A stretch of DNA of 64,000 bases from Antedon mediterranea (taxonomy: Eukaryota; Animalia; Echinodermata), in NCBI RefSeq assembly GCF_964355755.1, contig NC_092678.1, positions 13,762,352 through 13,826,351 on the forward strand. The letters run 5' to 3'. This document shows positions 1-11,889 of this stretch, one piece after another. The notes under the pieces are model-generated. The model saw only the letters and a list, made by a program, of their open reading frames with translations. It was not told the DNA's origin and did not search any database. The position numbers and the translations under genes are program-made. How positions within the stretch are numbered: position 1 is the first letter of the stretch; each line of letters starts with the position of its first letter.

Positions 1-1005
1 ATACAGATTATACTGTGAACTGTAAACTGTATATACTATATGACACAAAATAGACTGAATTTAGCACTAACAACATATCATATTCTTCAGTTCAGGTCAT
101 AATGCCATAATCTTTTTCTGTGTGCAACATTCCAACGTATGACGTGCACATTTGCTTGCGTTTGGCGTTTGTCGAGCTGATAACTAACTCGTCAAAGTGA
201 AGAGTTTCATGTCTAGTTCTTCTTTCTTTCCCGGATATTTGTGACCAGCATATCTCTTTTGCTTGTAAACATCACTTTGTATACTTGGTAAAAAGATTAA
301 CATTGAAGTGTTCAGCCAAGCTTTTGGACGATGTCAGATCCGCGTTGCGTAATTTACGCGCGATTTTATGAATTTCTGATCATATCTTTAGAACCAACAA
401 ATATGGTTTCATGAAACTTAACAAAATTATAATTCATCATTTTACCAACATCATACCAACTTTCTATGGATTAAAAATGTCATGTTTCACAAGTTACGCG
501 CGCATGCGCATTTAAAATTTCAAAATGCCCAAAATTAATTTGTAATCAACTTTCTACGCTGATCATGACATTTTGAAATTCCCACGCGCGCGAAAAATGT
601 TACGCGTAAGGTGTGCACGGAGCATGAAAATCATGTTTTTTTCTCTTGAATTATGATTTTACAGCCTTTCTTAGTCATTTTAATAAAGATTGACATCATT
701 TCAAATTAAAATGACGTTATACGAACACGTTGATTTTGTCCATTTGCGCGCGTTTTAGTTGAAAAAGTGACAAAATATTGTTAAAATTAGGCCTTTTTTT
801 AATCTATTATAGCTCCTATGCTCTCATGTGAGCAGATATGTTGTAGATATGAATTCATGTAGAATGGTTACCTCTCGGATGATATGACGTCATCGTATGG
901 CCACACGAATGTAAAATATAGGATTTTTGTCTCTTTTGTTATTGCTCATCATATTCAACATAGCGCATCTCGCTTATACGTATTCCATTTTCCCCGAGAT
1001 TTTAT
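1..1005 (+). mobile_element. Two partial non-autonomous Helentron-type (HINE/DINE-1-like) copies: 3' part of one (ends CTAG at 216) followed by the headless, truncated body of another
   Basis: Tail GATAACT-AACTCGTCAAAGTGAAGAGTT-TCATGTCTAG and the following CTTCTTTCTTTCCCGG body match the units at 36340-50800; same nested junction type as at 44530. Confidence 0.85.
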
Positions 1006-2245
1006 TATTCATTCATTCATTCATCTTTTATTTCGGGAAAAAAAATCTCCATAGTTCAGTAACAAATTAGTGTACATTATTGTAAATACCTGCACACAAT
1101 AATACGAGGATTCTTCGCATTTTCCTATCTCCTCCTACGATAATTGTTTTTAATAGCTGAAAACCGGTTGAACAGCTCGAGTACAGTATCATAATGTTGA
1201 AGACAGGCCGATTTAAAAAAAAAATACTATTTTGATAGATTTAATATACGTTTATACAAATGTATTGAGTATCGATGAATGGAACATTCCAATCTTTCAG
1301 ACTCCCAGTTTGTAGGTAAATTTATGAGCCCTTGGTTTAACACAAGTAGGTAAATTTATGTGCCCTTGAGAATAAAACTTATATATAGTATTGCAATACC
1401 TTGACAATATTGTAAATACTGTACGTATTAACCATTTTTGTTCGCCATTTGAATCGAAATTGTCTTACTGTGAATGTGGTTACTGATATATAAACAAAAT
1501 ATACAAAGAACATTTATTACTGTGACTGTGGGTAGATTACTGACAGTTGCTTCTCAACGTTTGTATTAATTAATAATTATAAAAATATAAACGTCGTAGT
1601 GGTGTATCGTTACATGTACTTTAATATTTCAATCGACTATAACAGGGATAGTTTTTAAAAAGTATGATAAATCGTAAATGGTTTACTGTGTTTAGTGGTA
1701 TATTATTGATAAGCCTATAAAATATTTTTTAAACAAACCCAATTTGTGTTTTGTATATGTGGGGATTAATCTAATCATGTGATAATTAAATACTGCCCCC
1801 CTATAGGTGTTGCTGCCCCCTATAATTGTAACAGTCTTTTTCAAATGATTTGCTTTCTTTTGTATTCATGAACCGGTCAAGAAAGCAGATAGTTTTGTCT
1901 CTTACTTAATTAAAGATCTGATTAAAAGGACCATACTGATCTCTATTGTTATGCTAAAAACAAATTAAAACCAAATACACCACCGGACCGTGGTAAAAGT
2001 GAGAAAAGGCGTGTTTTTCCTTTTGTGTTGTCGTCCACATCCTTACATATATAAAATGTTTTATAGTTCAAATAAAAAAATTGGACTCATTTTTAAGACA
2101 AGGCCTAATTCCCAGGGTGCTAATTTTACATAAATCATCGTGTCTATTTATTCGTTTCTGTAAACGACAATATACTATAGTCCTGCGGTACGTACATTTT
2201 TTACGCTGAAATTACTGTGTATTCGAGAACCATCTGTGAATATGA

Positions 2246-2284
2246 ACTAGATGGTACTCGAGCGAAGCGAGCGTACCATCTAGT
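2246..2284 (+). repeat. Hairpin ending in CTAG-T, resembling a Helitron-type terminus
   Basis: 12-bp stem ACTAGATGGTAC/GTACCATCTAGT around a GAGCGAAGCGAG loop; related motif CGAACGAAGCGAGCTCACCTTCTAGT at 23861-23886. Confidence 0.5.
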
Positions 2285-2439
2285 AATTATAATTTCACTA
2301 GAATTGTTATATATCACTAGATTTGTTATATATCACTAGAATTGTTATATATTAATACACATATAATATAACATTATTAAATAATAAATAAAAATGATAT
2401 GGTGAATTAGTCGCTTGTGATGAGAACAAATGAGGCTGT

Positions 2440-2942
2440 TTTTACAAAATTGTAAATATTAGTCCGCTGTACAAAGTACTGAAAAGTAAATGTGACGTTA
2501 TGAAATGGCCAGTTGAAGTTAAAAAGTAGTTTTTTTTTCTCTCTTTTGTCAAATTTATACAAATTTCAAAGAGCGCGCAGTGCGCTTCTACGTGCCAAAT
2601 TTTCTTTCAAATCTTATATTTTTTTGCTCAATTCATTATCTTTTGAAATTGTGATCTTCAATTTATTTTGACAACGTGATCCTACAAAAAATTAGAACAA
2701 GATGTGGGTCCCGTAATTTCACCTATGCTACACTGTATATGGATATACAGTACATAAATGACACATAACAGGTATATCTCAGCACTATAAGCGTATATGC
2801 ATCACGTCATAGGATGGCGTACCTCAACTTTTTACGATCGTATGTTAACGTAGGCCTACATGCATATTTAAAACATTTTAATTTCATTAAAATGATAAAA
2901 ATTATCACCTTTAATTCGTCAAAGTGACGAATTAAATTCTAG
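2440..2942 (+). mobile_element. Diverged 3' fragment of a HINE subfamily with a different terminal inverted repeat
   Basis: Body motifs (GGGTCCCGTAATTTCACCTATGCTACACTGTAT) shared with the array; tail AAATTATCACCT + hairpin TTAATTCGTCA-AAG-TGACGAATTAA + CTAG-TT. Confidence 0.75.
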
Positions 2943-3185
2943 TTTTATATAATATCAGTTGTTATTGTTGGTGTTCTTTTTACTCTCTATGACTTCATTA
3001 TCCATTAATTCTGTTTAAATTTTTCTGCATCCTTTGTTACATCAAGTATTTTCTTTTCATTTCATATTAATTGATTTTTTATTAGAAAAAGGGATTTTTC
3101 CACACAATGTTATGTCTTATACACTCATTAACTTAATGCAACGCTGAACAGTTGTTTTCGTTTATTGTAGGAACGAAGTTGAAAT

Positions 3186-3324
3186 ATGACCAACAACACA
3201 AGTTTTTTTATAAAAGACATACTCCAACTTCCAGAAACAAGCACTTGTAAAAACCTTGCTGAAGAAACGAAGAACTGTAATAATAAGCGGCAACCAGATC
3301 ATTATGCACATACTCTTTGCCCTT
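3186..3324 (+). CDS. Probable first coding exon of the homeobox gene, with eh1 (Groucho-binding) motif: MTNNTSFFIKDILQLPETSTCKNLAEETKNCNNKRQPDHYAHTLCP
   Basis: Acceptor TTTATTGTAG at 3161-3170, ATG 3186, FFIKDIL fits FxIxxIL, canonical GTAAGT donor at 3325 in phase 1, matching the phase of the exon at 24486. Too short to appear in the ORF track. Confidence 0.75.
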
Positions 3325-3399
3325 GTAAGTATTTATAATTCGATTTCAGTCATAGATTCAAACAATGCTAAATCTAAACCTACACACAATGCGTTTAAT

Positions 3400-3800
3400 G
3401 TTGTTATGTAGTTTTGATTATTATGTAAACACAACAATGTTTGAATTTCGGTCGGTCGGTCAGTCGGTCGGTAAACACTAACCCATATTTATATTTTTTT
3501 GTTATTTTGACAGTTGATATTAATACGTGGAGGCAAATATAAATGGTTTTACAAATTGTTCAACATTTTTTAAAATTTTCAGCAATTTTGATAGGTGGTC
3601 GGTCGGTCAGTAAACAATAATATTCATATTTTTTTCGTTATTTTGGCACTAGATATTAATACTTGGAAGAAAATATAAATGTTTTTATAAATATTTTTAA
3701 AATAGTTTCAACATTTTCAGCAATTTCGGTCGATTGGTCGGTCGATCGGTAAACACTGACTCGTATTCATATGACACATAATTATGAATGTGTCATATGG
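3400..3800. repeat. Three ~140-bp units each containing a (GGTC)n microsatellite; related copy inverted at ~22640-22880
   Basis: CGGTCGGTCGGT...TAAACA at ~3449, ~3598, ~3727; 12-bp hairpin CATATGACACAT/ATGTGTCATATG at 3768-3799. Confidence 0.6.
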
Positions 3801-3954
3801 ATCTCCGTTCCCTTTAGTTTCAACCAAGGAGTGCAATTTAATTCAGCCTTTAACCCACCGTTATGACTAAATTTGCTAATCCCTCATAAAATTATGTCAA
3901 ACGTTTCGATCTACTTCAATGTACGATTCACTTATAATCATACCAAACAGAGCC

Positions 3955-3974
3955 ATATATATATATATATATAT
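3955..3974. repeat. (AT)10 microsatellite abutting the 3' end of the Penelope-like element
   Basis: Direct reading. Confidence 0.95.
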
Positions 3975-4027
3975 AAAAAATCAAGATAAAATAAGTTAAA
4001 ACTGCCTCAATATAGATTTATTTTTGC

Positions 4028-4056
4028 GACATGTTTCGGGCATAGCCCATCATCAG
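4028..4056 (-). ncRNA. Minimal type I hammerhead ribozyme motif in the PLE 3' region
   Basis: Minus strand CTGATGA-T-GGGC-TAT-GCCC-GAAA-CATG-TC; palindromic stem III; stem I pairing is weak. Confidence 0.8.
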
Positions 4057-4285
4057 GTGAAGAGAATTGTAACAAAGGATAACATTATATAAGTCACAAA
4101 ATTACATAATAAAACAAATCAGCCAATCAAAGATGTTAACAAACAAAAGGCAAATTTATAAAGGCACGCCTCCAAAAGCTATGGGGTACAAACCAGGAAT
4201 GGTTGCTTATAAAGCAGGAAATTTAAAACAAAGACAAAAGCTTCAAGTGTAAATAATTGTTAATATGTGAATGTCTCTGGAAAAA

Positions 4286-4468
4286 TTAATGTTTAAAAGA
4301 TCTAAATTGTACATTTATGCCGGTAGGGGCAAGAGTGTCAAGCTTTACAATTATTCTTTCTTCTGTAATTCTACGAGATGTCTCAGAACCATTACATACC
4401 TTAACACCAGAAATAGTAATATCCGAAAGGGAATGCTCATTATTACAAAAATGGGTGGCTACAGGTAA
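4286..4468 (-). pseudogene. C-terminal part of the PLE GIY-YIG endonuclease
   Basis: Translates LPVATHFCNNEHSLSDITISGVKVCNGSETSRRITEERIIVKLDTLAPTGINVQFRSFKH*, in frame with ...IKLKTPG at 7440 once the insertion and one TAA are removed. Confidence 0.88.
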
Positions 4469-7436
4469 TAGTACGGGTTATTATGTCTTCCAGCTCGATA
4501 TTTGTGCCAAAATAGATTTTTTTAGCTAACTTTGTTATTCTTGAGATGCCGAATCCAAAAAAGTTAGGTGCCATTTTTTTCGACCACTCCTTCAGCCGCC
4601 ATTTTGTATTTCAAAATGGCCGACGTTCATCACTAAAGTTGGTCATCCATGGTATCATTGGAAAAGGAATGTAATACTGGTTATTTTATTCCATTACACC
4701 CATATAAAAAACGCATATTTATAGTAATTGGGAAATAAACAAATCACGTGACCAATAAAGGTCAAAAGGTCAAAATGCAATTTCACCAAAATACTGTACT
4801 GTTTGGTATCGTTGGATAGATTTTTTTTATTCTGGATACAGTTTTACTAATATCTAGGCCTATTCTATTTTACTTTGTTTATTGTCAAAATTTTCCAATT
4901 ATGTAAATAAATTGTTTTTAAATGTTTCTTGTTGTTTTATCATGCTAATTACTTTCTTGTTATTGGTATATAAGTACTTTAGGCGTTGTTTTCTGTTCTT
5001 CTGATGATGAGAATAGTTTCTCGAAACATGTCACATTTTAAGGCAGTTTGCCTATTAATTTATTAAATACCTCGCTACATACTCAATTTAACAATGACAA
5101 AATTAGTCTTCGTAGATAAATACGGTTTTTCTTATTGGTTTTACAATTCATTCAAATGTTTGTTTGATTTTCTTTCTACTTTGTCATTGTCCATTTATAT
5201 GTTTTATATTATATTATATATTATCTTAATACTGAATAAGTACCGTACGGTACTGGATTACACTTAACTTCAATGTCAAGTTTCCGATTTATTTAATTTA
5301 AAATCAAAATAACTATAGTCCGTGAACAAAGGTGAAATAAACTTTTGTCAAATCACATATTTTTTTTTTTTTTTCGTTGGATAGCTTTTTACATTGTGAA
5401 TCTATTTTCTTTTTAGTAGTTTACATTTCTGTTTTTCGTAAAAAGAATAAAAAAATGCTACGGGTCACGGTATCATTTGAAAAATCAAAATCATTTGTAT
5501 TTTTGTCAAAGCGGGTACCACACAATATAAAGCCATCTGTGCACAAGGCCAATGTTAATTGGCATACCTTTCTTTTTGAACGTCAGATGAAGTGCAGCAA
5601 ACAGAATGTTTGCATTTGATATTAGGGCCTATACAGCGAAAAAATCTTAAGACATAGAAAAAAAAATTAAAATCAATTAGTTTTCCTCAAATAAAGTTTA
5701 GACGAAATAAAGAAAAGTCAGTGTCCTACTGCTGCCTTTACTTTACAAACTACCAATCGATATTGTAAAGAAACGAATTACTGTGTTTTTAAGGTCTAAA
5801 GGCTCCCTTTGATTTTTACGTAGGCCTATGGTTTTGTGATTATCGCAATATAAATCCTAACTATGCGTTATTATTAATAAAATTCACATAGAATAATTAA
5901 TCAAACTATACTTGTTTGTGGTAACTTATAACTTTAAGAACTACCGGAAAGAAGGGAAACAAAATCCGCTTTCCAGCAATAATATTCAAATTAGTTTGAG
6001 AAAAACGAAATCTTTTAACTACAGACACTTTATAAATATGTACCGTACTGTATGTAACGATTTCAGTTATTGAATTCCCTTTTATAAATATGTATTTTAA
6101 TTTTGTTACTTTTACTGCATTTCTGAAATTATATTTATAAAAAATGCAGTGGGTTTTTTTAAAGAGTGAAGTGCGACCACACACCGGTAGGGATGGAATC
6201 GGCTTTTCAGTCATCGGTGCGTTTTGAATTATTATTATTTTATTGTTCTTGGGCATGATCCCATTGTATCCGTTTGTTGTTAGTATTTGTATTCTTATAA
6301 GTATGAGCATATGCCACCGATTTAATTGTATATTCAATAAAATTATGTTTATTATCTGAAACGGTGGAAGATTATTCGACTACTTATACTCAATATTGAT
6401 GAGCTGTTTTCTATCCTGCCTCTATGGCCACACAAATATCCAATATATATATATAATATAAGAATGTGTACATAAATTAATTTAAATAAGCAACAACTTT
6501 TTTATCGATTTACTTTATATATATAGGCCTAGGCTTACAACATGCAACCATTGGCAGAAAACCATGTTTGAAAAAAAAACATAGACGCCACTGCACTGGA
6601 TATAGTTATAAATAAGACTACATTAACTAGCAGAATTAAGACAAATCTAAATTACTTTCCAAAGTTACGTTTCTGTTTCTGCTGTAGTAGTTGTATGAAC
6701 TTGCTCAAACAAAAGGTACTAAAATCAATTACTTTACCTCCAAGATCCTGTTTTCGTCGCAACTAATTTACCTGCAAAGCAATGGTTGTTTGATCTTGTT
6801 TTTTACTTGCAATGCGAAAACCGGGCATATCGAGGATCTTGATTTTTAAACTTAACTTATACTAAAGTATTTCACACACTGAAATTTTTATTGTAACCAG
6901 ATAAATTATACCAACATTTGAATGAATTGTAAAACCAATAGGAAAAACCGTATTTATCTTAATACGAAGGAGGCCTACATTAAAAAAATTATTTACATAA
7001 TTGGAAAATTATGATAATAAACAAAGGAAAATCGAATAGATATTAGTAAAACTGTATTCAGAATAAAAAAACCTATCCTACGATACCAAACAGTAAAGTA
7101 TTTGAGAAAATTGAAATGTTGACCTTTTGACCATTTTGGTCACGTGACTTGTTTTATTGTTAAATAACTATGTAACTATGCATTTTTTCATATGGATGTA
7201 ATGGGATAAAATGATCAGTATTACATTCCCTTTCCGATGATACCATGGATGACAAAGTTCAGTGTGGAATGTCGGCCATTTTGAAATACAAAATGGCGGC
7301 AGAAGGAGTGGTCGAAAAAGTGGCACCTAATTTTTTTGAATTCAGCAACTCAATAATAACCAAGTTAGCCAATAAAATCTATTTTGACACTAATATCGAG
7401 CTGGAGCTAGTTTTCCTTACGTATGTGACTGTACTA
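4469..7436. mobile_element. Non-autonomous Academ-like DNA transposon with ~500-bp terminal inverted repeats
   Basis: Termini TAGTAC...GTACTA, 3-bp TSD TAA (4466-4468, 7437-7439), long imperfect TIRs (4469-~5160 vs ~6915-7436). Superfamily inferred from TAG/CTA ends, 3-bp TSD and long TIRs. Confidence 0.8.
5001..5032 (+). ncRNA. Minimal hammerhead ribozyme motif in a ~180-bp PLE-derived insert within the left TIR
   Basis: CTGATGA-T-GAGAA-TAGT-TTCTC-GAAA-CATG-TC followed by AGGCAGTTT as in the 4028-4056 copy; segment ~4920-5100 is absent from the right TIR. Confidence 0.75.
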
Positions 7437-9065
7437 TAATCCGGGAGTCTTTAGTTTAATAGACCTTAAATGTTCTACAAACCTATCACCTAACCTGCGT
7501 TTAGTTTCACCAATATAAGGCATATTACATTTAGCAGGGAGTTGTTATTAAATACGATCTGTGATAACATAATTACCAGAAGGTCCTACTATTTGGTTTG
7601 AACATGAAACGTAATTACATGTCGAACATATATTTCTATTACATTTGAATGTTCCAGTTGATTCATTACCTTTGTTTTGTAATTTAGATTTAACTAAAGT
7701 GTCTTTAATGCTTTGATCACGTCTGTAAGCTATCATGGGTGGTTCTTGAAACATATCTTTTGTAGCGGATTTATCTTCAGTCAAAATTGAAAAGTTATCG
7801 CGGACAATGTTAATAACCTTCTTATGCATAGGATGATACGTGAGGACAGAGGTATGCGGTCACAAGCATTTGTATTATGTGTAGGTTGCAATGTGTCTTT
7901 GTGCGTTAACTGGCAAACTTTTCTTAGAGATTTCACAGTAATGTCAGATGGATATTCGCGTGCATTGAAAAAATCGATCATCTCAGATGCTTTGATGTTA
8001 AAGTCATCATCATCGCTACATAAACGTCGAAGTCTAACAAGTTGCGAATACGGTATAGCATTCTTACAAGCTGGAGGATGCGAAGAGTTGTAATTTAGAT
8101 AAGTGTGCGCGTCAGTAGCTTTGTAGTGAACGGATGTAGAAAGACCAGGTTTATCAATAGATAAACTAATATCAAGGAAAGGCACACACTTGTCAGATAT
8201 TTCATGAGTAAACTTTATAGCAGGATGAAAATTGTTCGCAAAGTTAATGAACTCATTAAGTTCATCTAAAGTTCCCGACATAACACCAACACAATCATCA
8301 ATATACCGTTTGAATAAATCTGGTTTCTTTCCCTTAAAATCTCGTAACACATTCTGCTCAAAATACCCCATAAAGAGGCAAGCAAAGTTAGGTCCCATTT
8401 TTGTACCCATGCTTATCCCAGAAACTTGCCGAAAAAACTTTCCATTGAAGTTGAAGGCTGTAGTATTAAGTACAAGTTCAGCGAGACGTAGTATTGTCGA
8501 TGCGGGATATTTAATTGAAGTATCTAGTTCAATAAAATGTCTCATTGCGTTAAGTCCATCTTGAATAGGAATTGATGTGTATAAGGCCGTAACATCCATT
8601 GTAAAAAGATAAGCACTCTCAGATGAAAATATATAATCTTTAAACAAAACTACAGCTTAATTCTTGCTATCTTTGATGTAGGTTGGCAGATTTTGTACAA
8701 TTGACTTCAAGATTCCATCCAAGAACTCGCTAATAACAACTGTAGGCGCGTAACAAGTGGAAACAATAGGTCTACCAGGACTGTTAGTCTTGTGTATTTT
8801 AGGTAACATGTAAAAGCTAGGACAAGTGGCGTCAGAATTAATCAATATATGGGCTGTAGAAGGAAGCTCTTTCTTCTTAATCATACTATTTAAAGTCTTC
8901 TTAACAATACCAATATCAGAATCAGTAGGGTCGAAATCAAGTGGCTGATATACGTCAAGATTAGAAAGTTGTCTTTCTCCCTCTGTAATATATAGGTCCC
9001 TTCTCCAAACCACAGTAGCACCACCTTTAATAACGTATTCATGATTACCTTTAAGCGATCTAATG
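7437..9065 (-). pseudogene. PLE reverse transcriptase + GIY-YIG pseudo-ORF
   Basis: ORFs 8657-9013 and 7781-8647 share a frame separated by one TAA; frameshift near 7830; disruption near 7545. Confidence 0.92.
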
Positions 9066-9118
9066 CTAAAATGGTGGTAAATATTGAAACTTAAATTTTG
9101 GTAGTCAATTGAATAATT

Positions 9119-9367
9119 TTACCGATCTGGGAGTATGTTCCTAATGTTAAGTCCAAAAGGTTTTGTGGTTTTAAGTAGGAATTCCCAGTGGTTTTCTTTG
9201 TCTTTGTGAGTTTTGTCGCTCCATTTGACATCGTGGTCTATTGCAATAACTCTGAAATGTGCAATCGAGTGACCAGCTGAATTAAAATGTTCGGCTACAG
9301 GTTGATCAAGCTTTAATGTTTTGATAGCTGATCTATGTTGTGTCATTCTCATACGAAGAGTTACCAC
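9119..9367 (-). pseudogene. C-terminal GIY-YIG fragment of a second, different PLE
   Basis: LRMRMTQHRSAI..PVAEHFNSAGHS..E.HW...LKT..PFGLN parallels the C-terminus at 4286-4468. Confidence 0.8.
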
Positions 9368-9543
9368 TTTGGTTCATACCGTTAGATTAGAAGCCATTTT
9401 TGTGTCAAATAATTCGCACGACGCTGAGGACGCGCGCCTTTATTTTTTGTAACGTTTTCCATAAAAAAACACAAGTGAACTTTATAATTTACTGGATCAC
9501 ATGCGCGCAATATTCTTTGCCGCAAGTACTTATGGGCTTAACT

Positions 9544-9545
<2 letters not shown>

Positions 9546-9629
<84 letters not shown>
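9546..9629. repeat. (TA)42 microsatellite
   Basis: Direct reading. Confidence 0.97.
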
Positions 9630-9632
<3 letters not shown>

Positions 9633-9798
9633 CAATGATGTTGCGTAGCACTGTGTATATACACAATATTATTTAAAAAACCGTTGCGAATTAAAGTTGG
9701 AATTTATTCTGACTTGTTAAGCCTCCACTGATTGTGAGGGCGTTTGTTGTATGAGAGAATGTATCTGGTGGGTGAAAATCTGTGATAATACCATACAT

Positions 9799-9870
9799 GG
9801 CTCTGTGGTCTAGTGGTATGATACTCGCCCTGTAAGCGAGAGGTTGCAGGTTCGAATCCAGCCAGAGACA
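9799..9870 (+). pseudogene. tRNA-like sequence (tRNA-Pro-like body, TGT in the anticodon position) followed by an oligo-T tract
   Basis: A box TGGTCTAGTGG, B box GGTTCGAATCC, anticodon arm CTCGC-CCTGTAA-GCGAG; mismatches in acceptor and T stems and C instead of U33. Confidence 0.75.
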
Positions 9871-9973
9871 TTTTTTCATACAACTAAAAAATACGGAACT
9901 TTCGCCAATGAGCTATGCTCGACGCGATTATGAGATCATGTTCCGAATATGAGCACTGTTTCTATAATTTACA

Positions 9974-9974
<1 letters not shown>

Positions 9975-10008
<34 letters not shown>
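9975..10008. repeat. (TA)17 microsatellite
   Basis: Direct reading. Confidence 0.97.
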
Positions 10009-10011
<3 letters not shown>

Positions 10012-10138
10012 CCAAAGGCAAATTACTGAAAAAATGACAATGCTGTGGGTATCAGTGGCTGGATCTCAATGGAGATACAAAAATAAAAAGCGAAAAGCTA
10101 AATCAAAACGATAAAGTAAACAGCCAGAAAAGTTAGCA

Positions 10139-10169
10139 GAGCTTTCGGGCAACACTAGCCCTTCATCAG
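10139..10169 (-). ncRNA. Minimal hammerhead ribozyme motif within a non-coding PLE/retrozyme-like fragment (10009-10354)
   Basis: Minus strand GTA-CTGATGA-A-GGGC-TAGTGTT-GCCC-GAAAGCTC-TGC; short stem I possible (GTA/TGC). Confidence 0.8.
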
Positions 10170-10354
10170 TACAAGTGAAGGAATTTGGATAACGTCAGAG
10201 TATAAAGCTGGCAAGTGCTGCCTGGGTGGACAGGAATAAAAGAAATATAACAAAGGGAGCCAGGGTGGACTCTGAATAAGAGTGGAAAACAAAGAAGGTA
10301 GCTTGGTAGAGATATAAACAATTTTGGAATGAGACTAAAAAACAGCTTAAATGG

Positions 10355-10548
10355 TGTTTCCGACACTGTGCCGATGTTGTGATGCCATGCCTCATTTACA
10401 TTTTAAATCAAACTAGAAGGCGCTATAACCTATGTTCATGCAGAGCCATATATATGGCTCTGCATGAACATAGGTTATAGCGCCTTCTAGTTTGATTTAA
10501 AATGTAAATGAGGCATGGCATCACAACATCGGCACAGTGTCGGAAACA
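10355..10548. repeat. 194-bp perfect palindrome centred on (AT)4
   Basis: TGTTTCCGACAC...CAGAGCC ATATATAT GGCTCTG...GTGTCGGAAACA; no mismatches seen between the arms. Confidence 0.95.
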
Positions 10549-10736
10549 ATGATTTTTATGATTTTTTTTTATATATTCATAATCTATATTTAATAAGCTT
10601 TAAAATGAGGCGTTGTTTATTAAAATCACTTTCTAGCTCAGGAAATCTTTATTTTGATAAAATCAATAAATAAGTTACCAACGCGGATTGGCTGGTCCGA
10701 TCAACGCGACAAGACTCTCTGTCAAAACTCGGTATT

Positions 10737-11889
10737 AGAGAGGTTTCACAATCTTACAATAAAGAAAATGGCTAAGTCACGCACACGTATTCGTTTTCGT
10801 AAGCCAGTAAAAATAGGGAGTGTTCACAATCTGACGAATACGATAACGAAAACGGATACGTCACGCACACGTATTCGTTTTTCGTAAGTCTCTTAATCCG
10901 TCAATAACTAATAGCAAAACAAATAATACTCTAAAAATAAATTACAAATCTTATCTAATATCAAAATATAAAGTAAATTAATTATTTCGATCATATTAAT
11001 ACTAAAATTAAATTTAATTAAGCAAATCGTATAAATACCGTTTGTCCTTCCTGTCGTCCGTGTCGTGTTTGTATCGTCGTACATGTCCGTCCCTGTCTGT
11101 CAGTAGCGCAGCTAGGTACGTGTTGCTTGGTGCTTGGCTGCCAAGGCCGGCCTAGCCTAACATCAAAGCGAGTGAGGACTTTAAAAATTGCTATTTATCA
11201 AAATTTACCTGGCATTTTAGCAAATTACTTTAGTAAACTACTTTCAATAAAAGTATAATTATATTATAATCCTGAATAATTCCTGATTCAAAATGCAAAA
11301 TGTGCAAAATAGATCAAAAACTATACTCGCTTTGTAGTTACGAATATGACTGATGATATTCGTCAACACGAAAACGCTTTACGAATATGAAGTGGGGATC
11401 AGCTCAAAAGTTTCAGAAATATGTAACGTATCCGTTTTTTTTATCGTATTCGTGATGTTGCGAAACCTCCATATTCTGTTTCGCATGGCAACGAAATATT
11501 GAGGGCACCGTCCAAAATAGGACTGCGGTAAATTTGAACGAAGCGCAGGTACGTGTTTCTTGGTGCTTGACTGCCTAGGCCTAGCGTAACACTTGAGGAC
11601 TGCTATTTATCAAAATTGATCTGGCATTTTAGTAAATTACTTTAGCAAATTACTTTCAATAAATCTATAATTATATTATAATCATGAAACATTCCTGATT
11701 CAATTGCAAAATGTGCAAAATAGATCAAAAACTGTACTCGTTTTGTAGTTACGAATATGACTGGAGATATTCGGCAACACGAATACGCTTTACGAATATG
11801 AAATGGGCATCAGCTGAAAAGTTTCACAAATGTTTGACGTATCCGTATCCGTTTTCGTTATCGTATTCGTAAGGTTGCGAAACCTCCCT
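10737..11889. mobile_element. Non-autonomous TIR element (PIF/Harbinger-like) with internal duplication
   Basis: AGAGAGGTTTCACAATCTTAC vs GTAAGGTTGCGAAACCTCCCT, ATT TSD (10734-10736, 11890-11892); extra left end at ~10815 and extra right end at ~11469; direct repeat ~11115-11470 / ~11548-11889. Confidence 0.7.

Larger units (their letters stand above)
3975..9115 (-). mobile_element. Penelope-like retroelement (Neptune-type), 5'-truncated, interrupted by the 4469-7436 insertion
   Basis: RT motifs (YMLPKIHK..PGRPIVS, MDVTALYT, GISMGT, RYIDD, FLD), Cys-rich linker CNRNICSTC, GIY-YIG YIGETKRRLGDRFVEH, C-terminus resuming at 4468, 3' UTR hammerhead, ends at (AT)n. Confidence 0.92.

Noticed and set aside
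5906-6337. 143-aa ORF inside the first Academ-like element
   Set aside because: No recognisable domain; composition reflects AT-rich non-coding DNA.
9799-9870. Functional tRNA-Thr(TGT)
   Set aside because: C at position 33, mismatches in acceptor and T stems, Pro-like body and repeat context.
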